Assembly (NCBI RefSeq): GCF_947497045.1 | Contig: NZ_CANMEU010000015.1 | Coordinates: forward strand, 3,470-67,469 | DNA: 64,000 bases | Direction: 5' to 3' | Origin: an uncultured Tateyamaria sp. | GTDB lineage: Bacteria; Pseudomonadota; Alphaproteobacteria; Rhodobacterales; Rhodobacteraceae | In this document: positions 37,205 through 49,317 of the stretch, one piece after another | How positions within the stretch are numbered: position 1 is the stretch's first letter | How the letters are laid out: the number at the start of each line of letters is the position of its first letter | Program-made: the position numbers and the translations under genes | The notes under the pieces: generated by a model | Database searches by the model: none | What the model was told of the DNA's origin: nothing | The model's input: only the letters and a program-made list of their open reading frames with translations

Positions 37205-38836
37205 ATGCCGATGCAAACAGTCAGAACCCACCCAATCGAGGGGCAAAAACCCGGCACCAGCGGGTTGCGCAAGAAAACCGCGATCTTCATGCGACCGCAT
37301 TTCCTGGAAAACTACGTGCAGGCAACCTTTGACGGGATCGGCGGCGTGGCGGGCAAAACCCTCGTGATTGGGGGCGACGGGCGGTATTTCAACGACCGCG
37401 CCATTCAGGTCATTCTGCGCATGGCCGCCGCCAACGAGGCGGCCCGTTGCATCGTCGGTCAGAACGGCATCCTGTCCACACCTGCCGCCTCGAACCTGAT
37501 CCGCACGCGTGGGGCGAATGGCGGGCTGATCCTGTCGGCCAGCCACAACCCCGGCGGCCCGGACGCGGATTTCGGGCTGAAATATAACGGCGACAACGGC
37601 GGGCCAGCCACCGAAAGCGTGACGGATAAAATCTATGAACGGACCCAGAATATCGAGGTCTACCGCATCTGCGCAGCCCAAGACGTCAACATCGCGGATC
37701 AGGGCACAACCGACCTTCACGGCATGAAAGTCGAGGTGATCGACCCTATTGCGGATTACGTCACTGCCATGGAAAAACTATTCGATTTCAGCAAGATAAA
37801 AGCCCTGTTCGCCCGCGGTTTTACCATGCGGTTCGATGCGATGCACGCGGTCACGGGCCCCTACGCACATGCCATCCTCGAGGACATGCTCGGCGCGCCC
37901 AAGGGCACCGTGACCAACGGCATCCCCTCGCCCGACTTCGGTGGCGGGCATCCCGACCCCAACCCGATCTGGGCCAAGGATCTGATGGACACCATGTATG
38001 GCAACAACGCGCCCGATTTCGGGGCTGCATCTGATGGCGATGGGGATCGCAACATGATCGTGGGGCGGCACGCCTATGTGACACCCTCCGACAGCCTCGC
38101 GCTGCTGGTGGCCAAGGCGCATCTGGCACCGGGCTACAAGGGCGGGCTGGCAGGGGTTGCACGCTCCATGCCGACCTCGCGCGCGGCAGACAGGGTGGCG
38201 GCCAGCCTCGGGATCACCTGCTATGAAACGCCCACGGGGTGGAAATTTTTCGGCAACCTGCTCGACGCAGGCAAGGCAACGCTCTGTGGCGAGGAAAGCG
38301 CAGGCACGGGATCGGACCATGTGCGCGAAAAGGACGGGTTGTGGGCGGTGCTGCTGTGGCTGAACATCCTCGCCGAAACCGGGCAATCGGTGGCCGAGCT
38401 GATGCAGGATCTCTGGGCGACCCACGGGCGGTACTACTACTCGCGGCTGGACTACGAAGACGTGGACAGCGACAAGGCGGGCGCAATGATCAATGCCTTG
38501 CGCGACAAGCTCGCCACCCTGCCCGGCACCACCATCAACGGGCTGACCTGCGACATGGCGGATGAATTTGCCTATGACGATCCGGTGGACGGGTCGCGAT
38601 CAACCCATCAGGGCATCCGGCTGATCCTTGAAAATGACGCGCGGGTGATCTTTCGATTGTCCGGCACCGGCACCGCAGGCGCAACCATCAGGGTCTACCT
38701 CGAACAGCTTGAAACCGACCCGGCCCGGCTGGACCTGCCCCCCCAAGACGCGCTGCGCAATGTGCAAACCGCCGCACTCGCCGTCTCGGACCTGATCGCG
38801 ATGACGGGCCGCACCAACCCCGACGTCGTCACATAA
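37205..38836 (+). CDS. pgm: Phosphoglucomutase (alpha-D-glucose phosphate-specific)
   Basis: Phosphoserine loop SASHNPGG, Mg loop GDGDRNMI, sugar loop GEESAG. Confidence 0.9.
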   Translation: MPMQTVRTHPIEGQKPGTSGLRKKTAIFMRPHFLENYVQATFDGIGGVAGKTLVIGGDGRYFNDRAIQVILRMAAANEAARCIVGQNGILSTPAASNLIRTRGANGGLILSASHNPGGPDADFGLKYNGDNGGPATESVTDKIYERTQNIEVYRICAAQDVNIADQGTTDLHGMKVEVIDPIADYVTAMEKLFDFSKIKALFARGFTMRFDAMHAVTGPYAHAILEDMLGAPKGTVTNGIPSPDFGGGHPDPNPIWAKDLMDTMYGNNAPDFGAASDGDGDRNMIVGRHAYVTPSDSLALLVAKAHLAPGYKGGLAGVARSMPTSRAADRVAASLGITCYETPTGWKFFGNLLDAGKATLCGEESAGTGSDHVREKDGLWAVLLWLNILAETGQSVAELMQDLWATHGRYYYSRLDYEDVDSDKAGAMINALRDKLATLPGTTINGLTCDMADEFAYDDPVDGSRSTHQGIRLILENDARVIFRLSGTGTAGATIRVYLEQLETDPARLDLPPQDALRNVQTAALAVSDLIAMTGRTNPDVVT

Positions 38837-39064
38837 ACACAAGGACCATGCCCTTTGCGGCGGCAGGCTTTGCATTTCAACGTATCGCACCCGCCCGCAT
38901 GCTTCTTTGGCTTTTTAATTGCGCGCAAACGTGGCAACACATCCGTGGCCACGCGCCCGCAGCGCAAGCGACCCTCAGGATGCAGTGGCGGATTTGGAAA
39001 ACGATACGTTCGCCATGCCGCCCCCGGGCGGGTCTGGCTGACCTGAACAAGGCAACGACGCCAG

Positions 39065-41454
<2,390 letters not shown>

Positions 41455-41458
<4 letters not shown>

Positions 41459-43071
41459 TCCGCGCTCAACGCCAGCGCCCCGCCATGCGACAGATACGCA
41501 AACCCATTGCCCGGCAACGCAAGGGTCGCGCCATCAAGCGTTGCGGCATGCGGCCCGGTCAGCTTTGCTGCCCCGTCCAAGGCCACCATCTGCGGCGTCT
41601 TTGACAGGTTGAACACGCAAGTCAGCGCCCCCTCCCCTGCCCCACGCGTGAATGCAAGCAACGGCTCGGGCAGATCGTGAAACGCCGTCGCCCCGGTGCG
41701 CAGCGCGGGCACGGATTTGCGAAAGGCAATCGCCTCCCTGTAAAACGCCAGAATACCATCCGAGCTCTGCTGATCGACAGCGCGGGCAAGCTGCGGTGCC
41801 TTCACTGGCAGCCACGGTTTCGCTTCGGAAAACCCCCCATGGGGCGCGTTCTTTTCCCAGACCATCGGCGTGCGGCAGCCATCGCGGCCCTTGACCGCAG
41901 GCCAGAAGCGGATCGCGGGCGGGTCTGTCAGCTCTTCAAAGGTCATTTCAGTCTCTAACTGGCCCAATTCCTCGCCCTGATAGATGCCGATGGTGCCCTC
42001 GAACGACATCAACATCGCGCAAGTAAGGCGGGCCATCGCATCGTCGGACACAGCATAGTCCGCCCACCGGCTGACTTGGCGCGCGACATCATGGTTGCTG
42101 AACGACCAGTAGGGATGCCCATCAGGCGCGCCCTGCTGGAACCCTTCGATACAGTTGCGAAAGTGCTCGGCCGAGAAATCCGGCCCAAGCATCGCAAAAC
42201 TGTAGGCCATGTGGAGGCGGGTCGTCCCGGCGGTGTATTCGCCCATGATCTGGATCGATCGGCGGCCCATCTCGCCCACTTCGCCCACCATCATAATGTC
42301 GTCATATTGATCGGTCAGCGCGCGCAGCCGCTCAAGAAAGCCCAGATTTTCAGGCCGCGTCTTGTTGTAAATATTGTCCTGCATCCCATAAAGATCGGTC
42401 GCCATCACCTGTGGCTTGGACTGCGCAGGCGGGTTCGAGCGCAGCTTTTGATCGTGGAAATAGTAGTTCACGGTATCAAGGCGAAAACCATCCAGCCCCC
42501 GATCCAGCCAGAACCTGCAGGTCTCAAGGATCGCGTCGATCACATCCGGATTATGGAAATTCAGATCGGGCTGCGAGGCGAGGAAATTGTGCAGGTAATA
42601 CTGCCCCCGTTGCGGATCGAACTCCCATGCGGGGCCGCCGAAATGACTGTGCCAATTGGTTGGGGGCGACCCGTCCGGCTTGGGGTCGGCCCACACATAC
42701 CAGTCCGCCTTGTCATTGGCGCGGTTGGTGCGGGACTGGGCAAACCACTCATGCTTGTCAGAGGTATGGGACAGAACCTGATCCACGATCACCTTCAGGC
42801 CCAGATCATGCGCGGTCGCGATCAGTCGGTCGAAATCATCAAGGTCGCCAAACAACGCATCGATGGTCAGATAGTCCGACACATCATAGCCCATGTCGGC
42901 CTGCGGTGACTGAAACACCGGGGACAACCAGATGCAGTCCGCCCCCAGTTCGGCGATATGGGGCAGACGGCGGGTGATACCGTTCAGATCGCCCACACCA
43001 TCCCCGTTGTCGTCCTGATATGAGCGGGGATAGACCTGATAGACAACCGCGTCGCGCCACCATTCCTGCAT
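41455..43071 (-). CDS. GH13 alpha-glucosidase (oligo-1,6-glucosidase-like)
   Basis: VVYQVYPRSYQDDNGDGVGDLNG, GFRLDTVN, VGEV. Its stop overlaps the glgP stop. Confidence 0.85.
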
Positions 43072-43161
43072 GAAACTCTCCTTGTTGGTGATGCTTCATA
43101 TCAGGAGGGGACTGATTGACAAATCCGGTTCGCCCCCTGCGCGCACGCGCACCTGTCACTC

Positions 43162-45099
43162 TCAGCTTTGGTAGTACGGCGCACTGTGGGGCAACTCATA
43201 GCCATAGCGTTTCATGCCCTTGGGACTGATCTGACTCAGCACCAATCCCGTAACGCGCTGCCCAGAGGTGTGGAAAACGCGCAGCGCCTCCTCGACCTGG
43301 GTTTCACTGGTCTTGTCCCATTGCACGGAAAAGATGATGGCATCGACCTGTTCGGCGATAATGCGGGCATCCGGGACAACCAGAACAGGCGGCGTGTCGA
43401 TGATGATGGTGTCGTAAACCGCCCGCGCCTCGCTCATCAGGGCGCGGAAACTCTCCGAGGCGAACAGGTCCGCCGCGCTGACCGTCGTGGCCTCTCCGGC
43501 CAGTATGTCCGCGCCGAAATGCGCGCTCCGAAACACCGCCTCAGTCAACGACTTTTCCCCGTTCAGCACGGACACGATCCCATCGTCCGGCAGGGCCGTG
43601 AAATATTCGTGCAAGGTGCGCCGCCGAATGTCGCCCTCGATCAGCAACACACGTTTGCCCAGACCCAACAGGTTCTGCGCAAGGGCAAGCGCATTGGTGG
43701 TCTTGCCCTCACCCGGCACAGAAGAGGTGAACAAAATCACCTGCGGTGGCGTGTCGACATTGGACAGCATGATCGAGGTACGCAGATTGCGGATCGCCTC
43801 GACCGCGGCCGAAGTCGGCTTGTCCGACAGATATTGCAGCACATCACGCCGGCCGGCGACGGGCATGATCGGCACCTGCCCCAACACCGCATATCCGGCA
43901 AAGGCCTCAAGATCCTGCGCCGTGCGGAACCCGTTGTGACCCATCTCGCGCAGCAATACAAAGCCGGTGCCCAGCATCAGGCCCAACACGCCGGACATGG
44001 TCAGGATCAGTGATTTGCGCGGCTCAGAAGCAAACAGCGGCACAACCGCATCCGACAATATGCGGCTGTCGGCCTGCTGAATGCCCTGTTGGGCCGAGGT
44101 CTCGTTAAAGCGGGTCAGAAAATACTCATAAAGCACCCGCGTCGCCTCTGCTTCGCGGGTCAGTTGTTGCAAGGTGATCAGGTCTTCGCCTTGACGCTCC
44201 AGCGCCTGTTTCAACTCGCGCTCCGAGGCGCGCAAAGCCTGCACTTGCTGATCGGTGCCGCTCAGGGACGCGGTGGTGATACGGTCGCGCACATCCTTGA
44301 TCTGACGCTCAAGCGCCTGCATCCCACCCACCGACACCAATTCCGTCGATCCGCGAAAGGTCGATACATCGGCCTCCGCGCCCTCCAGCCGTGCCTGCAA
44401 CTCAGCCACCCGCGTACCCAGCCAAAGCGTTGCTTGCCGGGTCGTCTCGAACTTCACCTCGACCTGATTGAGGATATACAGCTCCACAATCATATCCGCG
44501 ATGCTTGCAGATTTGCGCGGGCTTTCCGTCTCTACTGTGACCTGAAACACAAGGCTCAGCGGGACATTGCGCACCGTCACCGCGTGCAACAGGGTCGAAA
44601 TCACCGCGTCCCGGGTCTGTTGTGTCTGCTCCTCCGGGGTCAGCTCAAATATGGGGCCGCCCAGACCCAGGCCCGATTTGATCAGCCCCTTGATACGATC
44701 CCACAGCGTGACAGGGCGCAGGGCGCGGTTGAATTCCGGGTCCTGGGTCAGGTTCAGCCGGTCCACAACCTCTCCCATCAGGCCACGGGCGCGCAGCACC
44801 TCGACCTCGGAATTGACCTCGGATGTGTCACCGGACAAACCGCCCACCACGCTTTGCAAATCGATGATCTGTTCCTGATTGGTCTCAAGGATCACCACCG
44901 CGGTGGAGCGGAAGATGGGTATGGCCAGCACATAGGCGTAATAGCCGCCAAGCAGGATCGCAATTGCAGTCGCCGCACAGATCACCCATTTGCCGCGCCA
45001 AATGGTCGACGCCAGACCGCCCAAATCAATGACATCGCCATCGCTGTGCGGTCGGGCGGGCGATATGCTACCGGCCGAGATATGTCTGCTGTATTGCAT
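43162..45099 (-). CDS. Polysaccharide co-polymerase / BY-kinase (Wzc/ExoP-like)
   Basis: N-terminal Wzz-type TM plus coiled coil. Walker A reads SSVPGEGKTT. Tyr-rich C-terminal tail (RYGYELPHSAPYYQS). Confidence 0.85.
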   Translation of the reverse strand: MQYSRHISAGSISPARPHSDGDVIDLGGLASTIWRGKWVICAATAIAILLGGYYAYVLAIPIFRSTAVVILETNQEQIIDLQSVVGGLSGDTSEVNSEVEVLRARGLMGEVVDRLNLTQDPEFNRALRPVTLWDRIKGLIKSGLGLGGPIFELTPEEQTQQTRDAVISTLLHAVTVRNVPLSLVFQVTVETESPRKSASIADMIVELYILNQVEVKFETTRQATLWLGTRVAELQARLEGAEADVSTFRGSTELVSVGGMQALERQIKDVRDRITTASLSGTDQQVQALRASERELKQALERQGEDLITLQQLTREAEATRVLYEYFLTRFNETSAQQGIQQADSRILSDAVVPLFASEPRKSLILTMSGVLGLMLGTGFVLLREMGHNGFRTAQDLEAFAGYAVLGQVPIMPVAGRRDVLQYLSDKPTSAAVEAIRNLRTSIMLSNVDTPPQVILFTSSVPGEGKTTNALALAQNLLGLGKRVLLIEGDIRRRTLHEYFTALPDDGIVSVLNGEKSLTEAVFRSAHFGADILAGEATTVSAADLFASESFRALMSEARAVYDTIIIDTPPVLVVPDARIIAEQVDAIIFSVQWDKTSETQVEEALRVFHTSGQRVTGLVLSQISPKGMKRYGYELPHSAPYYQS

Positions 45100-45299
45100 G
45101 GTTTTTGCTGCTGATGCCCTGCGATTGGGGTGGTGTCACACGGGTTCGACCCAAGCGTGCTGCGGCACCCTAGCATTGCCAAGGTTACCGATATGTTAAC
45201 GCCAAACGGGCACTGAAACCGCTTCAGATTCGGGCCACGTCGAAATGACTATGGTCTACTCAGCGAATAAGGGGGCGGTTGTGTCTGTGCTGACGGTTC

Positions 45300-45425
45300 A
45301 GCACTGAGGCTAATTTATCATTGAAAAACAATAGCTTGCCGCTTTTCTTTCAGGCATCCCACGCAATTAAAAGAATTACTTGCCTTAGTCCTTGTATTTA
45401 GCGCTATATTGCCCTCAATATCAAG
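45300..45425. other. AT-rich tract, candidate replication origin / unwinding element
   Basis: By eye it is clearly AT-rich against a roughly 60% GC background. It contains ATATTG-ccct-CAATAT and lies about 280 nt upstream of rep. Confidence 0.3.
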
Positions 45426-45703
45426 AGTAAGCGGCACTAGACCGCACCAGAGGCTGGCGATGCATATACACTACCGCAAACGATGGGTCATTCCCGTTGG
45501 GGCCCTCCCTGCATGTGCTGTCGCAGCCGCGACACGCAGGAGGCATGATCCATAAACAGGCAAGGCTAAACGAAACAGGGCCGGACGGCGGCAACCATCC
45601 AACCCTGTGAAATGAAACCAAAGAGGCCCATTCTGTTCGCAGTTTCAGAATAGCCTCGTCGCGCAGAACCCGCAAGCTTTTGCTGTGCGGGAACGAGGAA
45701 AAT

Positions 45704-46675
45704 ATGTCAGAAACAATCGAATTTGACCGGCGCAAGGGCTTTGTCGCCCTGCCGGTTGAAGTGCTGGAACTGGAACTGTCCCCCGGTGCCTTCAGGCTGT
45801 TGGTGGAACTGTGCCGCATGGCAAATATGGACGGGTTTTGCTGGCCTTCACTAGGGCAATTGGGTGAACGGTTGGGTCGGTCCAAGGCGGCGATTTCGGG
45901 ATATGTGACCGCCTTGCGAGAAGCGGAACTGATCTCGACCGAAACACAGACCACCGCCAATGGGTACAACTATCGCCTGCGCTATTGCGTGGTGTTCTGG
46001 AAGGCTTGGCGCGCGTCACTGTCGGGCAAAGTGGCCGCCTCTTGCACCGAAAAAGTCGATCACAAAGATGAATGCAGTGTTCAAAAGAGTGAACGCCTTA
46101 GGGATTCAAAAAAACAGATTCATATAAAACATGACCCCTGCGGGCTGTCCGTTCATGCAAAATTGATTTCTGAGTGGGCCGAGTGCACCAAAGGGACCCC
46201 GTATCCTGCATTAAAGCATACTCCCTCCGAGGGCCTCGTCGCTGCAACGAACCGATGTGTTCAAGACACTGACACAACGATTGAGCTTATGTCCGCGGAT
46301 ATACGATCTGCCTTGGAGCGCACATTCAGCGCTGTTGATCTGGACAAAGATCGGGTTGCTGTGACTGCGGCGGTCGATCACCTCGCCGAAAAAGGGCTGT
46401 CGCGACCGGAGCTGAATGCGTTTTGTGCAGCACTCACGAAAAGCTGGCAGCGGCATTGGCGCAAGGTTCCGACCCCAAAACAGCTTGACCAGACACTCAA
46501 ATCCGCGGCCATAATCCCCTACCGCGCCCAACTCAAACTGCTTGAGGGCTATCTGCGGCGGTGGACATTGGCGCAAAAGACCTTGCGCCCCGCCCCGCCT
46601 TGCGAGAAGTTGCCGGTGCGGATTGGGGCCCCTGCCCTGTCCGGCACACCCACATATATCCGTGGATATAATTAA
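45704..46675 (+). CDS. Putative plasmid replication initiator with an N-terminal winged-helix/HTH
   Basis: N-terminal FVALPVEVLELELSPGAFRLLVELCRMANMDGFCWPSLGQLGERLGRSKAAISGYVTALREAELI. It sits directly upstream of parAB. I prefer the ATG at 45704 over the TTG at 45680. Confidence 0.55.
   Translation: MSETIEFDRRKGFVALPVEVLELELSPGAFRLLVELCRMANMDGFCWPSLGQLGERLGRSKAAISGYVTALREAELISTETQTTANGYNYRLRYCVVFWKAWRASLSGKVAASCTEKVDHKDECSVQKSERLRDSKKQIHIKHDPCGLSVHAKLISEWAECTKGTPYPALKHTPSEGLVAATNRCVQDTDTTIELMSADIRSALERTFSAVDLDKDRVAVTAAVDHLAEKGLSRPELNAFCAALTKSWQRHWRKVPTPKQLDQTLKSAAIIPYRAQLKLLEGYLRRWTLAQKTLRPAPPCEKLPVRIGAPALSGTPTYIRGYN
46289..46303. repeat. Motif copy ATGTCCGCGGATATA (inside rep)
   Basis: Read directly. 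It has the TCCGCGGA palindromic core. Confidence 0.4.
46656..46673. repeat. Motif copy ATATCCGTGGATATAATT (rep 3' end, just before the parA ATG)
   Basis: Read directly. It is a 14-bp near-palindrome, ATATCCnnGGATAT. Confidence 0.4.
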
Positions 46676-46676
46676 C

Positions 46677-48008
46677 ATGGCGTACGGGCAGTTTGAGCAA
46701 TTTATACGGAACATGACCCGCGTCATGGGGGCCGTGAACACAAAGCTGCAACGCGATCTGACGCTGCGCACCCGGGTTGCCCGTCGGTTTTCGATGACTG
46801 AAGTGGCGCAATTGCTGGCTGTCGACACCACTTATCTGACCCGCTTGACCAATGACGAACCACAATTTCCTGAAGGTGAGCGGATCGGGCGCGAGCGCAC
46901 TTTTTCGCCATCCGAGATCATGTTGATCCGGGCCTTGATCGGGTCAAATCCGGGTGCAAAACGCGATCACGTGCATTGGCGCAAACCCGGCGACCCGGTC
47001 AAGGTCGTGACCTTTGGTGCCCAGAAGGGCGGCACGGGCAAGTCACTAAGTGCGGCGCATTTTGCGCAATATATCAACCTGTTCTACGGGTTGCGCGTGG
47101 GCGTGATTGATGCCGATCCACAGGCCACGGTCTCGCTTTACTTTGCGGATGAGGGGCTGCCCTTGTTTGATCCCGACACGGCGACGCTCGCGGACTTCAT
47201 GGGGGTGGACAACCCCGGTGCGGATGCGGTCACGCCGCGCACGGCCGAGGATCTTGACGCGATCTGGCACGCCACACCCTGGCCGGGCATCCGGTTGATC
47301 CCGGGTGGTGCGAATATCCAGAACGGGGATATCAGCCTGTTTTTCCTGTCCCAGTCCAGCCGGGTGCCGGTGTATCGCGTGCTCAAGGACGCGATTGCCA
47401 CGTGGGACGCTGGCAATGGGCCGCGCACGCGCCCTGAGGATTTGCGCGATAACAGCGGTGCATTTGATGTGGCCCGCTATGAGCAGGCGCTGAATGAAAC
47501 GGTGGATGTGATCGTGATTGATCAGCAACCCTCGTTGACGCTGATGCAGCTGAATGGGCTGATCGCGGCGGACAATGTGGTGATCCCGCAGACCATGAAG
47601 GGCTTTGATCTGGCGACGCTGGCGACATACGTGTCCAACATTGGCGAATACCTTGAATTTATCATGGGATTTGAGGCGGATCTGGAGATTGGGGCCGGGG
47701 CCCACATGGTGCTGCCGACGATCGTGCAAGAGCAGAATAATCAGGATGTGGACCAGATTGTGGACCTGTATCGTAAGGCACCGCGCGAGGTGATGCAGGT
47801 GTGGTATTCACGCTCTGACGCGATTGCGAATGCGGCCGAAGAGTACAAGAGTATCTATGAATACCTGCCGCCCAAGACCCGCCGTGTGTCTGCGCGGGCG
47901 TTTATGGACAATGCCAATGCGGTGAATGACGCCCTGGTACAACGGATTTGGCCCACCCTGCCACCACGTGATTTTGCGCAGGCCTTTATGGAGGAGCGTT
48001 GGGACTGA
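46677..48008 (+). CDS. parA: Type Ia partition ATPase with an N-terminal HTH
   Basis: The start was moved to MAYGQFEQF, 1 nt after the rep stop. Deviant Walker A GAQKGGTGKS. HTH-like MTEVAQLLAVDTTYLTRL. Confidence 0.9.
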   Translation: MAYGQFEQFIRNMTRVMGAVNTKLQRDLTLRTRVARRFSMTEVAQLLAVDTTYLTRLTNDEPQFPEGERIGRERTFSPSEIMLIRALIGSNPGAKRDHVHWRKPGDPVKVVTFGAQKGGTGKSLSAAHFAQYINLFYGLRVGVIDADPQATVSLYFADEGLPLFDPDTATLADFMGVDNPGADAVTPRTAEDLDAIWHATPWPGIRLIPGGANIQNGDISLFFLSQSSRVPVYRVLKDAIATWDAGNGPRTRPEDLRDNSGAFDVARYEQALNETVDVIVIDQQPSLTLMQLNGLIAADNVVIPQTMKGFDLATLATYVSNIGEYLEFIMGFEADLEIGAGAHMVLPTIVQEQNNQDVDQIVDLYRKAPREVMQVWYSRSDAIANAAEEYKSIYEYLPPKTRRVSARAFMDNANAVNDALVQRIWPTLPPRDFAQAFMEERWD

Positions 48009-48943
48009 TGGCAAAGAAACGGAAATTGAGCGGGGCCTTGCCCGACGAGGATGTGAACGCTGTGGCGGACGAGCCTCGCAAGGGTGCGATGGGGGGCATG
48101 TGGGCCGGGTCGGCGATGAACATGCTGCAACAGCGCATTGAATCGACCCGTGGATCGCTGGTTGAGGCGGTGCTGGCCGGGACCATGGCCCTTGATCTTG
48201 ACCCTGATCAGATCGTTGATGATCTGGGCAGCGACCGCATGACCAATTGGGTGGCGGACGAAGATTTTGACAAGCTGGTCGCCAATATCGCGCGCCGTGG
48301 GCAGACGCAGCCCATTCGTGTCCGCCCTGCCGAGGCGGGATGGGTGCCCAATGAAGATACGCCGCTTGAGACTGATGCCCGCTTTGTCATTCAATCGGGC
48401 CGCCGCCGCCTTGAAGCCTGCCGGAAACTGGGCCGCACGGTCCGCGCGGTTGTGTCGACCGAGGTTGGGGATCAGGCGCTGGCCGACCTCGAGGAGCGGT
48501 TTCACGAGAACACGATGCGCCGCGACCTGAACGGGTTTGAGGAGCTGATCTCGATTGGTTTGCTGGCTGAAAGCATGACCGAGATGACCCAGACCGAGAT
48601 CGCTGAACGCATCGGTGTGAGCCAGGCGGATGTGTCGTTGGGGCAGGGGTGTCTTGCATTTCGGGACGAGATTTTGCGTCAGGTCGATATCGAGGACACC
48701 CCCAAGCGCGCCTACCGCACGATCCTGCCCAAGATTAAAAAGGGTGAGCGGCTGAAGGTGCCGGATTATGACAAGCCGATCCGCCAACGCTATGACGTGC
48801 GGGGCATTCCGATGGTGACGGTCCCGGTCACGGGTGGGTTTGATATTGCCATCAGCAAGGCCCGCGTCGATGAGGATGATCTGGATGATATGCTGGTCGA
48901 GATGGCGAAGCTGATTATGAAGTACCAGCGCAAGAAGCCTTAA
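48008..48943 (+). CDS. parB: Partition protein ParB/RepB-like
   Basis: ParB-N region (QPIRVRP ... IQSGRRRLEACRKLG). The ATG overlaps the parA stop (TGATG). Confidence 0.85.
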   Translation: MAKKRKLSGALPDEDVNAVADEPRKGAMGGMWAGSAMNMLQQRIESTRGSLVEAVLAGTMALDLDPDQIVDDLGSDRMTNWVADEDFDKLVANIARRGQTQPIRVRPAEAGWVPNEDTPLETDARFVIQSGRRRLEACRKLGRTVRAVVSTEVGDQALADLEERFHENTMRRDLNGFEELISIGLLAESMTEMTQTEIAERIGVSQADVSLGQGCLAFRDEILRQVDIEDTPKRAYRTILPKIKKGERLKVPDYDKPIRQRYDVRGIPMVTVPVTGGFDIAISKARVDEDDLDDMLVEMAKLIMKYQRKKP

Positions 48944-48959
48944 GTCCGCGGATATAATT
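48942..48959. repeat. Motif copy AAGTCCGCGGATATAATT (immediately after the parB stop)
   Basis: Read directly. It shares TCCGYGGATATAATT with 46659-46673. Confidence 0.4.
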
Positions 48960-49047
48960 GCGGTGCCCTGCCCCACCGCGCGCTTGCTTAGCAGTTGATT
49001 AACCCGTTTTCCGCATCTTCCGCCTGTCTTTTTCCAAGGAGGCTGCG

Positions 49048-49317
49048 ATGCCCATTTCCGATACATTCCGTGCGTTTCAACCCGGCCTGAACAGCCCTGT
49101 CGAAGGTGGGTTTGATGTGACGCCTGCGGATGGCGTTGATCTGCAATCTGTTACCCGTGCCGTCATGGTTGCCGGTGCTGGCGATCTGGCTGTGACGTTG
49201 AAAAATGGCGACACGATCACCCTGCCGGGCCTGACCGCTGGTGTGATCTATCCCGTCCGGTTGGCGCAGGTGGCAGCGACCGGCACAACGGCGACGGGCA
49301 TCAAGGGGCTGCTTTGA
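49048..49317 (+). CDS. Small protein resembling the RcGTA head-spike base protein (rcc01079/GhsA family)
   Basis: 89 aa with AGGAGG upstream. The pattern FxPGLxSP ... ITP-D ... LxxVTRAxxV ... GD ... TGTTATGIxGL was recognised from memory of this family. Confidence 0.55.
   Translation: MPISDTFRAFQPGLNSPVEGGFDVTPADGVDLQSVTRAVMVAGAGDLAVTLKNGDTITLPGLTAGVIYPVRLAQVAATGTTATGIKGLL

Noticed and set aside
45310-45322. A DnaA-box-like TTATCATTG in the AT-rich tract.
   Set aside because: It has two mismatches to the consensus and occurs only once, so it is not evidence for a DnaA-dependent origin.
45545-45610. A 21-codon ORF (MIHKQARLNETGPDGGNHPTL) upstream of rep with an adjacent AGGAGG.
   Set aside because: The SD ends only 1 nt before the ATG, which is non-functional spacing. 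Nothing else supports it.
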